Part shown: in pieces, positions 24,616-37,295 of the stretch
Layout: each line of letters opens with the position of its first letter
Position numbering within the stretch: position 1 is the first letter of the stretch
Assembly (NCBI RefSeq): GCF_001194135.2
Contig: NC_068991.1
Coordinates: 72,448,039-72,512,038 of the forward strand
Direction of reading: 5' to 3'
DNA length: 64,000 nt
Source of the DNA: Octopus bimaculoides
Taxonomy: Eukaryota
Notes under the pieces: model-generated
Told to the model about the DNA's origin: nothing
Database searches by the model: none
The model's input: only the letters and a program-made list of their open reading frames with translations
Program-made: the position numbers and the translations under genes

Positions 24616-25519
24616 GGAACAGGAATTATTACCAAGAAGTTTTAATGGAAGGTTTTGATTTAAATCACTTTTAAACAAGAAGGTTGCATCATAGAACCAG
24701 AGGCTGTGTCAGGTGGGTTGGTATCAAAAATGGGTTAAGAGGGCATCTTTCAAGTGTTGCCAAGAACCATGAAAAGAATTCAGTTCGTTCACATTAATTT
24801 TTCCATTTTTTTTTTATTATTGGAACAGAGGAGGAATGCAACAATGTCTAAATTACATAAATAAGTTTTGCATTATCTTTTGTGTTTGCACAGTCATTTG
24901 ATAATCAAATTTCATCAATACTCATATTAATGAATGAAGCTTCTTTCATCCTGTCCTTGTTCTTGCAATTTCTTTTTCTCTCCAACACACGCAGAGCCAT
25001 TCTCTGTCTCTCTTCCCCATGCACACATACTGCTTTCTCTCTTTCTCACATGAACACACACAGGAGGAGGAGAAAAATGTATCCATAATTAATTGCTGTA
25101 AATTTATCCATTCATTACAATCTCAACTATCAAAGTTTCTTTGTTGTATTGTAATCATTACAGATCATTGCTTTTTAACTTTTGTGAATTGTTAATATTA
25201 CCATTACTTAATATTCCTCTGCATTAATTACTTTTCAAAGTTATCCGCTATGTTTATTATATATTAACTAATAATGGTTCTGTTAAACAAATTAAAATTT
25301 TGCCAAGAAGAAAACATATTCATATAAATTAAAGAATGAGGAATCGAAAATCTTTTGAGAAATCAATTTCTATTGTCATTCAATAATGCCTATTGATTAA
25401 ATATTATTGATACTTATTCTTTTAAGACTGAATCTATTTTTAATGAAAAAAAAAATATAATTTTATGTGGCTAAGAACAATTTAAAAGATAAACATTTTC
25501 TTCTTTTGTTATTTTATAG

Positions 25520-25554
25520 TTAGAAGAAATTCATCGGCATCCATGGGTAACAGC
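25520..25554 (+). CDS. BRSK2: BRSK kinase exon (35 nt), LEEIHRHPWVT(A): end of the kinase domain
   Basis: ttcttttgttattttatag|TTAGAAGAAATTCATCGGCATCCATGGGTAACAGC|gtgagt. Gives the AMPK-family I..HPW motif in frame; ends in phase 2. Too short for the ORF track. Confidence 0.92.
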
Positions 25555-26332
25555 GTGAGTAGATATATATATATATATTTATTTATTTATTTTTTCTGCT
25601 AATACTTATTAAAAAAGAAAATTACGTCTCTCCTTTTTTCAGTCAGTCATTTAAAATTAGCAAATTAAGTTCTGAGTTTACTACTCAGTTATCAGTATTC
25701 ATACTTAGGTAAACTGTTTCAATCACATTAAAAAATCAGGCTTGAAAGACACACATATATATATATATTACATAACAAAGTTTGGTCCCCCCCCACCTCT
25801 CACCAAAGGGTTAAATTATTATTTCCAGTCATTTTCAAATTTTAAGATATTTTCTTGCTTTCCTATTTTTAAAAAAAAATTTTCTTTTATTTCAATTCTT
25901 TTCTATTTTCTATTCCTTAAATAAACTCAAGATTTAACCATTTTTTTTTTCTGAGTTTGAGACGTTTTTTTTTCCTTTAAGAACATAATATTTTTTTCTT
26001 TTTGTTACTTTCAAAGAATTTTCAAGAGATTACTTTGATCCCTTCGTCTAAGTTCCCGTCTTCGATGTATTATTTTGATAAACATTTTAAAAGTGAATGC
26101 TACACTCAGTGGTTGTTAATACATAAACTTATTTTTATAACAATTTAGTTATTTTGACCTGTGTTATCAAAATAATTACACAAAACTAAATATATATATA
26201 GGTGAAAAAAAATTGAACGTAGATTCATCCTTTAATTTGGAGGTTTCCAAAAAAGATTTCTAATGTTGATTCTTCATATTTTAGTGGTAGTTGTACAGGT
26301 GTAAATTTGCAAAGATATGAAAGTAATACTTG

Positions 26333-26493
26333 TATATGATGTGTGGTGAATTTATAGAAAGATGTCCCATAAAACTCATCAATTTAGTTAAAAATAGAGA
26401 AGATAAGTTGTTCAACAGTTTGTCTTCTTCATTTTTAACTAAATTGATGATCTTTATGGGACTCCTTTCCATAAATTCATCACACATCATATA
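26333..26493. repeat. 161-bp imperfect palindrome (~80-bp arms, almost no loop), MITE-like
   Basis: The two arms are reverse complements with scattered mismatches; the ORF track shows near-identical peptides on both strands (26281..26490 - and 26330..26572 +). Confidence 0.9.
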
Positions 26494-27764
26494 TATATAT
26501 ATATATACAATTCGTTACATAGATCAAGGTTATGTTATAATGAACCATACACACTTTTCAAAATCAGATTAGTATATTTCATGGGGCAAATGTTATGAAG
26601 TTAAAATTACATTTTAACAAAAAGAACTACACCATTTTGCAAGTTTTATTCAATATGTTATTTTTTTATTTTCATTTTAGTTTCTTACGCAAGAAATGAA
26701 ATTATGTTCAAACAAGTCTTATTTATTATGTTTTTTGTTCATGTATCTATAATTTTGAAGATTAAGTTCAATAGCTTAATTGCATTCTTGCAGTTTTATT
26801 TATGCTGTCTGCATACTGAAATAAGAATTTACTGCAATTATTGTCATTTAGGACAATCAGATATAGGCTGATATTTATCTGGAACCAACTACACATATAC
26901 AGATACACTACCAACTTTCTGGCTGGATTATCCAGTTTGATAGATTAAGAAGGTTACATATTAGTAATTTTGACTCAACTTCTAGAAGACTGATGCCACA
27001 CTATTATATTTTTGTTTTTGCTACTAAATCTTCACGACACACCTTTGTTTATTCTCTAGAAACATGATATAAAGTTGGAAGCATCCTTCCAAACCTTCAA
27101 CTGTAATAATATGAAGGCAGAAAATATTTCAAACAAAGCCTAAAGCTATGCACTAACTTCCTAACCATTAAGCTTCACCAGACTCTCTCTAGAAACACAA
27201 CTGTGAAGGGCATATATTTATTTTTCCCCTCTTTCATGCTGAGATACTCCATTCTCTGCAGTGAAAGTAAGTTATCTATTATTAACTTGCTCTTCATTGA
27301 GGGAGGGTCCTTAGGGAGTTAGCACATGGTGTTAGATTTAGTTTTAAATATTTGCATCGTTATATTATTACGGTGAGGTGTAGTGAAAGTATATTCCACT
27401 TTCATGATATGCTAACTAGGGAGTAAATAAATGCATTGTCATGAAGGTTTGGTGGTGAAAAGGCTGTTGATATTAATTCTGGGAAATTTCATCTGGGCTT
27501 GCATAATTATATCCAGGATAAAAAGGAAACTAGATCATCACTTGCCAGAAATTTGGCAGTGTACTTGAATATGCATAAATACATATGCACATATCATCCA
27601 TCCATGCATACATACATACATACATATAGAAATATATGTGTGTGTCTGTTAAAAATATTGTATTTTTGGGTAATTTGTTGTAGATTTTTGATAATGAATT
27701 GAGAGAAGACTCAGAATATCCTAAGACTAGTATCATTCTTCACACATCAATGTAATATTGGTTT

Positions 27765-28197
27765 CAAATTTTGGCACAAGGCCATTAATTTCAAGGGAAA
27801 GGTGTGTAAGTCACTTACGTCAACCCTGATTCTCAACCGGTATTCATTTTTACTGGCCCTCGAAAGGATGGAAGGTAAAGTCGGTCTCAGCAGAGTTTGA
27901 ACTGAGAACATGAAGATAGACAAAATCCTGCTAAGCATTTTGCCTGACATGCTAATGATTCTGCCAGCTTGCTGCCTTATGTCAATGCAAAAACGGTTTG
28001 GAATTTTAGCACAAGGTCAAAGATTATGGGGTGGGGCTACATCAATTACATTGACCCCAGTGCACAACTGGTACTTATTTTATTGACCTCCGAAAGGACG
28101 AAAGGCAAAGTTGGTCTTGGCAGAATTTGAACCCAGAATGTAAGAACAGAAGCATTTTGCCCGGTGTGCTAATGATTCCGCCATCTCAATGCCCTTC
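27765..28197 (-). mobile_element. Two tandem family C SINE copies
   Basis: gaaaggatggaaggtaaagtcgg and gaaaggacgaaaggcaaagttgg cores, each with an ttggcacaagg-type end. Confidence 0.75.
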
Positions 28198-28548
28198 ATG
28201 TCAGTGTAAATTTAACAATTGTTTGAGGTTCCAGGGAGCAGCAGTTTTGCTATGGAACTATATTCTGTATAGAATGCAGACTGATTGACCAAACTTTGCC
28301 TAAGGCACAGTCTTCAGGGCCAGGTTCTCCCCAGAATTTTCAGATTAGAATTCAGTTAAGTGGAAACCATTCCGTCACCCCATTTTGACCTGCAGTATTT
28401 TTCTATTGGGGACAAACAATCACAACAACAACAACAACAACAACATCAGTAACAACAGTTGATTGAATGTTAAGTATGTTGGTTACTTAAATTTTCATGA
28501 GAAATAGATTTGAAATTATATATATATATTTCTCTCTTTCACTCTCTC

Positions 28549-28580
<32 letters not shown>

Positions 28581-30012
28581 NNNNNNNNNNNNNNNNNNNN
28601 NNNNNNNNNNNNNNNNNNNNNNNNNNNNNNNNNNNNNNNNNNNNNNNNNNNNNNNNNNNNNNNNNNNNNNNNNNNNNNNNNNNNNNNNNNNNNNNNNNNN
28701 NNNNNNNNNNNNNNNNNNNNNNNNNNNNNNNNNNNNNNNNNNNNNNNNNNNNNNNNNNNNNNNNNNNNNNNNNNNNNNNNNNNNNNNNNNNNNNNNNNNN
28801 NNNNNNNNNNNNNNNNNNNNNNNNNNNNNNNNNNNNNNNNNNNNNNNNNNNNNNNNNNNNNNNNNNNNNNNNNNNNNNNNNNNNNNNNNNNNNNNNNNNN
28901 NNNNNNNNNNNNNNNNNNNNNNNNNNNNNNNNNNNNNNNNNNNNNNNNNNNNNNNNNNNNNNNNNNNNNNNNNNNNNNNNNNNNNNNNNNNNNNNNNNNN
29001 NNNNNNNNNNNNNNNNNNNNNNNNNNNNNNNNNNNNNNNNNNNNNNNNNNNNNNNNNNNNNNNNNNNNNNNNNNNNNNNNNNNNNNNNNNNNNNNNNNNN
29101 NNNNNNNNNNNNNNNNNNNNNNNNNNNNNNNNNNNNNNNNNNNNNNNNNNNNNNNNNNNNNNNNNNNNNNNNNNNNNNNNNNNNNNNNNNNNNNNNNNNN
29201 NNNNNNNNNNNNNNNNNNNNNNNNNNNNNNNNNNNNNNNNNNNNNNNNNNNNNNNNNNNNNNNNNNNNNNNNNNNNNNNNNNNNNNNNNNNNACAACAAC
29301 AACAACATCAGTAACAACAGTTGATTGAATGTTAAGTATGTTGGTTACTTAAATTTTCATGAGAAATAGATTTGAAATTATATATATATATTTCCAGTAG
29401 TGGACTGGCCAAGTTGCCAGCTTGTCTGATGGCATGTGGGCCACTGCACCGTTAGAACCCATATATGGGGGCTCATCCCCACAATAAACTACTTATTATA
29501 ACAATCCAAATGTTCATCTGTTAGAGGAGTTGTGGCCCTTGTTGTCATGGCAAAATATATTACTTTGCATTTTCATCTCTCCAAGTTCATATTTACATTA
29601 GTGTGTATATGTGTGTGTGTGTGTATATATATCTAATGTAGGGGTTTATATTCTAGGCGTGTTAGGTGAGCCCTGAAAAATTTGATAAATAGGATAGATT
29701 TTCTTTATGATAATTCTGTTGTTGCAATATCATGATATAATCTGGTCAGAATTTGTTTTGAAATGCATGTCTACCTTACATTATAGGAATGATGCATTTC
29801 TGTGAATATTAATCTAAAGTGGAAGTTCATAATGTTAAAACCGATCTCCTTAATAATGTCCATGTAATATGGGTATCAATGGAAAAATAAGTTTTGTGGG
29901 ATAGAATTTTTGTTATGGTAAAATTTTTAGGAGTACAATGCTTCTGTAATGTGGACGATGCCTGTGTAATAATACACACTTGGAAACAAAATATGAATCA
30001 AGATGAAGTTAT

Positions 30013-30052
<40 letters not shown>

Positions 30053-30062
30053 NNNNNNNNNN

Positions 30063-30099
<37 letters not shown>

Positions 30100-30504
30100 A
30101 GAAATAGACGAAAGTCTGTATACCTCTGCCTAAAGTCTGTATGCCTGTGTTTGAGTTATATGAATGTATGAATGTATGCTAAAACTACATGCGGCAAGAG
30201 TGTATAGCATTAAATTACAGGTACACACTATGATTTGTAAACTTCACTGTACATGATCCTTCTGTACATGTCACTTCATCAGAAGTTTTATGAAAAGTTC
30301 TTAAATAAGGATTTAACACTCCTGACTTGTACACCTTATCTGTACTCTGTAATTATTAACAGCCAAGAAATATGTAGCTTTGAAATATCTGTGTAACATG
30401 TACTTTCTCCTTGGGTTTCTTTTTGAGAGTGTAATAGGACATGTGGAGTTTGAACTCTGTTATGTACTTTGAAAAAACACTCTATAAACGTTATACGTAC
30501 ATAC

Positions 30505-30890
30505 ATGGCCTAGTGGTTATGGTGTTGCACTTATGGTCACAAGGTTATGGTTTCAATTCTCAGACCAGATGGTACATTGAGTTCTTGAGCAAAACACTTC
30601 ATCTCATCAAGTTGAGCAAAATCGCAGACATGGCGGATACTGGTTTCATGCAAATTGGCACTTGTGCCGGTGGCACGATAACACACTCCAGTGTCACGCA
30701 AATGGTACCCATGCTGGTGACATGTAAAAGCACCCATTACACTCTCAGAGCGGTTGGTGTTAGGAAGGGCATCCAGCCATAGAAACCAAGCCAAATTCAG
30801 ACTGGAACCTGGTGCTGCCTCTCAGCGTGCCAGCCCAGTCGAACCGTTCAACCCATGCCAGCATGAATAATGGATGTTAAATGATGATGA
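30505..30890 (+). mobile_element. Composite SINE: tRNA/CORE-like head joined to a family A RTE-type tail
   Basis: tggcctagtggtta...ggtttcaattctc...ttcttgagcaaaacacttcat followed by ...ccatgccagcatgaataatggatgttaaatgatgatga. Confidence 0.6.
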
Positions 30891-32064
30891 GTCTGGTCGA
30901 TACAGTGGTGTGTGTGTGTGTGTGTGTTTGCATATATATGCATATATCATTTTATAATTGTCAAATGTCCAATGTCCACATGAAAACATTATAGATATAT
31001 ATATTAGATTATTTTTTAAATAGAATTTATAGCATTTTAAAATATTATATTTGTAGGATAAGATTGAAAAACTGGAAAACTTCTTATTTCTCACATTTAA
31101 ATAATAAATACTAGAAGAAAATGGCTGTTTTTAACTATTTCTATAACAATTGCAAACACACAAAATAATAAATAGAAATGTCTTACTTTGTTGTCAACTC
31201 ATATCTTCACCTTGCATGTTGTGAAACGTAACTGTTTAGAATTTCAGCCAGTCAAACTTGCCTCATTTTAATTTCATGCTTGACAGGTGAAGAAAAAAAA
31301 AAAAAAAAGGAAAAAGAGAAAAAAAAATTTATAAAAAAAATTAGTGAGTTGTTTGATGGAAAAGTGATTTTAATTCTTTTTATGTTTTTCACAAGTCAGT
31401 AAATGTCATAATTTGTAACCAAGTGCTACAAAAGTACATCTCTCCTGGGGAGGAAAAAACAAGAAAATAAATCAAAATTTTACTTTTATATCAATTCCAA
31501 GCTAAATAATAAAGATGAATAAAATCTAGTTTATAACCAAAAAATTCACAACATCTATTTGTTTCTAAAGTATTTAAATGGTTCAAATTTTATTAGTATG
31601 TTTTATAGATTTAGTAAAATTTTTTTAATAAATTTAGTAGTTTTATGTTTTCATTGTTATTGTATTTTCTCTGAACTGAAAAGTTTTAAACTAGGAAATT
31701 CTAGGAAAGTTCTACCTCATCTTGTGAAAGTAACATGTAATGGTAACCAACATCTATCTTCCTCCAAGTATTTTCTGATAATGCTTTATACTATTAGAGA
31801 AATTATGCCAGCAAAATGGTGGTGCCCCAGCATGACCACAGCCTTTGGGCTGGAACACATAAAGAAATAGAGGAATGATTTTATTTGTTATGTCTTGTAG
31901 AACACAAGGTTGGGAAAATAATATCTTGAGCAGAGTTTTTCATAGGAAGGTAGACCACCCTAAGGGAAGGCCCCTAAGGATTGAAAAGGAAGCAGCTAAA
32001 TTGCTGTTTAGACATTGTAGTGAATTTCATTAACTTGGAGGTTTTTGTATTATATTATTTTCTA

Positions 32065-32293
32065 TTAACCCCTTAGCATTTAAATCAACCCTATCTGGCC
32101 CAAATAGTCTACCTGTTTTATGCTCAAACTGGTCAGATCTTTACCCTTCATATTTACTCTACAATGTCATTCTAAAAATAAATGATCACATCGTTGAAGT
32201 CTCAAGGCTATGGAATAATGCATGCTAAATTCAAAACGATGTGAATAAATAAGCGTTACATTTAATGGAGTAACTTGAATGCTAAAGGGTTAA
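32065..32293 (-). mobile_element. piggyBac-like TTAA MITE, inverted copy
   Basis: TTAA|ccccttagcatt ... aatgctaaaggg|TTAA; the interior is the reverse complement of 21910-22129. Confidence 0.85.
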
Positions 32294-33266
32294 ACCACAT
32301 TTTTGGTTTGAAACTTAGTCACTCGTTTCTCCTTCACTGATTTTTAGCTTTCAGTTTTCTTGAAATTGTTGTTTAGCAAATTTCATATTCCATTTTTTTA
32401 TCAGAAAACGGTGACCTCTGTTTAGCACTGAATGGTTTATATTGAATTGGTCATCATTAAATTTTGTTTGAATATTAGAAATTGACTTATTTAGAAGCCG
32501 AGAAATAAATATTTCTGGTGACCATTTTATGCATAATCTAAGTGCCTGATTTTGAATTGTTTTACACTGTCATTGACTCTGCAAAATATACTTAAGTACT
32601 CCAAGCTTATATGTAAACAACTCTCAAGTATATCCTTGAATGGACAGCTTTTCACAGAAAAGTGTCCTAGTATTGTTTCTCATACAGAATAACAAATAGC
32701 ATTACAGGCAATCACTGATTTTGAACTTCAGTTTTCTTTGTTTAGTAGATTTCATGTACTGTGTTTGATGGTATGTAAGATGCAAATATTTTTTTTTGTT
32801 TGTTTCCAAAAGTATATCTCAAAATGCCAGCCCCACAATACTATATGCAAAGTTGAGCCTGTATTATATACTTTAATGCATTAAAAACTTTCTTCCGCTG
32901 ACATTGGGGTACCTCAAATACATCCATTCATTTTTATGCCATCTAATAAACAGATGGTGACCTCTGTCATCGAACAGTTTATATCGAATTAGTAGTCACT
33001 AAATTCTGTTTAAACATTACAAGTTGACTTATGTAGAGGCTAATATGTATCTCTGTTGACTGTATAACACTGGTTAAAGCTTTTTTTTACATTAGGCAGA
33101 CCATAGAAATTCTTTCAAAGGATTTTGTATCAACTGACTGAGCTGGTCAATTGCTACCACTACACTTCTTCATTACATTTGATATTGTCCCTGGTTGAGT
33201 ATCTCCACTTTCTACATTCCTTGGTGTTTTAGAAGTCATTCATTGTTGTCACTGCATTTGTTCTAG

Positions 33267-33311
33267 GTGGAATATAGTCGGCAGTAAGTATCACAGAAGA
33301 AACCTCGCAAG
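33267..33311 (+). CDS. Candidate cassette exon (45 nt, phase 2-2), (A)WNIVGSKYHRRNLA(x), in the kinase-UBA linker
   Basis: actgcatttgttctag acceptor and AAG|gtaaat donor; length divisible by 3; open only in phase 2 (the other two frames hit TAA/TAG); downstream ACTAAC 33338-33343 and TGCATG 33359-33364. No transcript evidence available. Confidence 0.55.
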
Positions 33312-33642
33312 GTAAATAGAAAGGGCAAACTTAACGAACTAACATTCCAGGTGTGGGCTGCATGGTTTTGAATATGGTTTCTGTTTTCATTAATCTAATG
33401 TTACTGAAAAATCAATCACTGCAATTAACTTTCCATCGAGCTCTCCAGAATGGTCTAAGTGACAGACAGGAATGCCATGAGAGTGGGGAGTGAGGGGTGC
33501 TTATATTACTGAGTCAGGCATGTTTGTGTTGCAACAATCTCATAAATTCTCTTAAGATAATTACGAAGCTGTAAACTTTTTTGTTTGTTTCTGGTGAACA
33601 AACACTTATTAATGGGATTCCACAGTATTCATCATCATACAT

Positions 33643-33808
33643 AGGCGTAGAAGTGACTGTGTGGTAAGTAGCTTGCTTACCAACCACATGGTTCCGGGTT
33701 CAGTCCCACTGCGTGGCACCTTGGGCAAGTGTCTTCTACTATAGCCTCAGGCCGACCAAAGCCTTGTGAGTGGATTTGGTAGATGGAAACTGAAAGAAGC
33801 CCGTCGTA

Positions 33809-33887
<79 letters not shown>

Positions 33888-34100
33888 TTGTGTGTCTGTG
33901 TTTGTTCCCCCCCCCACATCGCTTGACAACCGATGTTGGTGTGTTTCCATCCCCGTAACTTAGCAGTTTGGCAAAAAGAGACCGATAGAATAAGTACTAG
34001 GCTTACAAAGAATAAGTCCTGGGGTCGATTTGCTCGACTAAAGGCGGTGCTCCAGCATGGCCACAAGTCAAATGACTGAAACAAGTAAAAGAGTAAAGAG
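33643..34100 (+). mobile_element. Family B CORE-type tRNA-derived SINE, full length, with an internal (TA)n(TG)n
   Basis: gtgactgtgtggtaag A-box-like, gggttcagtccca B-box, CORE-like gtggcaccttgggcaagtgtctt, tail agtaaaagagtaaagag. Confidence 0.9.
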
Positions 34101-34449
34101 TATATATGTATGTATGTATGTATGTGTGTATGTATGTACATACATGCACTCATTTATCTCTTTAATCATTAACTTTCACAGGGAAACTGTTCACAGTGAC
34201 TTTGAAGTTCCAGTTTGTTTATCTTTACAGTCTGATGAAGGTGAACAAGCTGAAACTTCAGCCATTTCCTCGTCAAAGTTAATAGACATGTTTTCTACTG
34301 AAAGTATTGAATAATCCATCAGGTTAATGCGAAATTGGTTTTATACATAACTTGACATAAAAAAGAAAACAAATGTTAATACACACACATGTGTGAATGT
34401 GTTTGTGTGTATATACACAGACATGTATGTACACACACACGCACACACA

Positions 34450-34706
34450 TATGAAAGGGCATCCGGCCATAGAAACCATCCCAAAGCAGACAGTGGAGCT
34501 TGGTGCAGTCTTGTGACTTGACATTTCCTGTCAAACTATCCTACCCATGCCAGCATGGAGAATGGAAATATGATGATGATGATAATGTCGATGATGATGA
34601 TGATGACTGGAATTTGGTGCAGCTTACCAGCCCTGGTCAAACCGTCCAACCATGCCAGCATGGACAACAGGTGTTAAATGATGATGATGGTATATATATA
34701 TATGCA

Positions 34707-34757
<51 letters not shown>

Positions 34758-34987
34758 ACACCATTTGAGCATTGCCAGTACCACCGGACTGGCCCTCGTG
34801 CCAGTGGCATGTAAAAAGCACCCACTACACTCTCGGAGTGGTTGGCGTTAGGAAGGGCATCCAGCTGTAGAAACTCTGCCAGATCAGATTGGGGTCTGGT
34901 GTAGCCATCTGGTTCGCCAGTCCCCAGTCAAATCGTCCAACCCATGCTAGCATGGAAGGTGGACGTTAAATGATGATGATGACGATG

Positions 34988-34990
<3 letters not shown>
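34450..34990 (+). mobile_element. Cluster of three family A 3' ends, each with a (GAT)n tail
   Basis: ccatgccagcatgg...gatgatgat occurs three times (~34545, ~34650, ~34945). Confidence 0.75.
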
Positions 34991-35019
<29 letters not shown>

Positions 35020-35228
35020 GAATGAATACATATGATACACACACTGGAATGGTTGCGTGTATGGCCCATTGCTCATGTGGCCATTGACTCTCATTCATTT
35101 AATATCTCACATAGTCTAGCAGTGATATATAACTTGCTGAATAGATTAATATTAATTTCTACATACAAATACGAGATGGAAGAAGTTGGGGAGGAACAAA
35201 TCAAAAAAGAGAGAGAGAGAGAAAGAGG

Positions 35229-35264
<36 letters not shown>

Positions 35265-37295
35265 AAGAATGAGTGACAGATAGTGCATATCTTATAACAC
35301 AGGGACTTTTCAAATACATATAATAATGAAATATTTATATCAATCATAAGGGCACAACAAATGTACCTGCCTGCTAGAAATAACAGTTGTGCCTTTATGA
35401 TTGATACAAATTTCAATGCTGTTTTAGGCCTGCAACCACTTATATTATTGTTGTTGTTGTTATCAACTATTTATATTATCCTTGATAATAATAACAATCA
35501 TAATATCTATATAAATATTCACTCTTGAATATTTGCTCCTTATAATAATGAAATAAATAGATTTATTCTTCTACTTAGCGTTTCTCTCTTCTGCATGTTT
35601 CTCAGTTGGTGTTGTATAAAGTCTAACATTTCTATCCTATCTTATACAGTGTCACTAACGTCAAGTTTGTTCAAGATGTTTCTGTGATTGAAGACTTACT
35701 AATTGAATGAGATATTTTTTGCGGTGTTTGTTTCCTCCTTTCTGTGTGGTCTCTATTCATTTCTTCCTTAACACAGTGCATCTCTATGCCTCTAGCACTA
35801 GAGGGGCTGTTTCTGAAATGAGCAGGGTTTCCCTCCATGGGATGGGAAATGTATTGGAACAGCCGTTGATTTACCTTGATGGTAGGGGGGTAATTTTACC
35901 AATAAAGGTCTACTCACACACTAGCTACATTTCATTTCTTTTTTTATTATCATTAGCCAAGTAGTTTATTAATTAGTTAATCAGTTGCTTAGTTAATTAG
36001 TTAACCAGTTGACTTATAATAATAAAATGTGAAATAAAATATAACCAGTGTGTGTATTAGAAGTAGCAAAATGATCCACCAAAAGAACGTTGATGTTTCA
36101 AAGTGATGATTAGAAAACTTATCACATTAATAATGGAGTCAGGTTTCCTCAGATAGATTTGTTGTGTGTTTGTTTGTTTGTGTACACAAAGCAAATAAAA
36201 TCAGCATGGCCAAATGGTTTGAAAGTTTGCTTTGTAACCACAAAGTTCCCAGGTTCAATCCCTTTGCATGTTATCTTTGGAGAAATGTCTTTTACCAAGC
36301 CTTCCAAGTCAATTTGGGTTGATGGAAACTGCATGGAAGCCTATGTGTCGTCCCTATAATTTAATGATACAGCCTTGTCACATGCATTACACCATACTGA
36401 TTCTAATTGGAGATTATGCTAAAGGCACTCATGTCTATGGAATACTCAGCCACTTATATACTAATTCAAGGAACAAGTGAATCCCATCACTGAAACTTAC
36501 AGAGATTCCACTCCTATGCCTAATTATTTTCATTTTAAATTCCAAATCAAGTGATTTCTCTGTTTTTTGCTTGGTGAATTGGTAGATGGAACAATTTTCA
36601 CGATGTCTTTGATTGTGGTTGTCAAACTGTGGAAGCTAAGGGAAATTCCTACAGTCTGAGTTTTGAAGTATCACTGATGCCAGTAAAACATGCAGTACTA
36701 TAATTAAGGGTCACTGGCTCCCATACTGCATGCAGAAAAACCCTGGGTAGAACATGGGAAAATTTGTTTTCTTTTACCACATATAATTGTCATTGGCTGG
36801 TTGTATCAAAAGACGGTCATAAGTCAAAGAATGCCTATTCCTTATAAGGGAGTGTATCTCAACTCTTTCTTTTAATTTTTCTTGTTCGGTGTCCCACTTT
36901 GATTTTCAGAAGGAAAAAAAAAAATAAATAAAAAGAATCCACCCAACTTTGCATAGACAAAGTTTGTATGTTGCGTATCACCATCATTTTGATGTCCACT
37001 TTCCTATGCTTGCATGGGTCAGTCCAAGTTTATCGAGACAGATTTTCTACAACCAGAAGCCCTCCCTTTTGCCATCTCTCACCTGTTTTCAAGCAAGGTA
37101 ATATTTCTCCATGGCCAGACATGTTTCTGCAGAGTATTAGAAATGAACGACACTGCTTGTATGACAGTGATACTCATTTACGGCTATCATGCAGGGAGAC
37201 TCAAACATACACACCCATTTGCACATAGCTACATATACGTATGTATATATATATGTATGCATGCATGTATGTGCACACACACACACACACACACA

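Noticed and set aside
25064-25078. Possible 15-nt microexon GAGGAGGAGAAAAAT (EEEKN)
   Set aside because: The donor gtatcc is weak and the acceptor is embedded in a CA repeat; insufficient support.
25547-25552. Internal donor-like TGG|gtaaca in the 35-nt exon
   Set aside because: Weaker than the gtgagt donor 8 nt downstream and would change the phase.
28425-29391. ~100-bp sequence repeated on both sides of the 28581-29292 gap
   Set aside because: It flanks a gap and ends in (TA)n; more likely contig overlap or a haplotype artefact than a real duplication. Long reads would decide.
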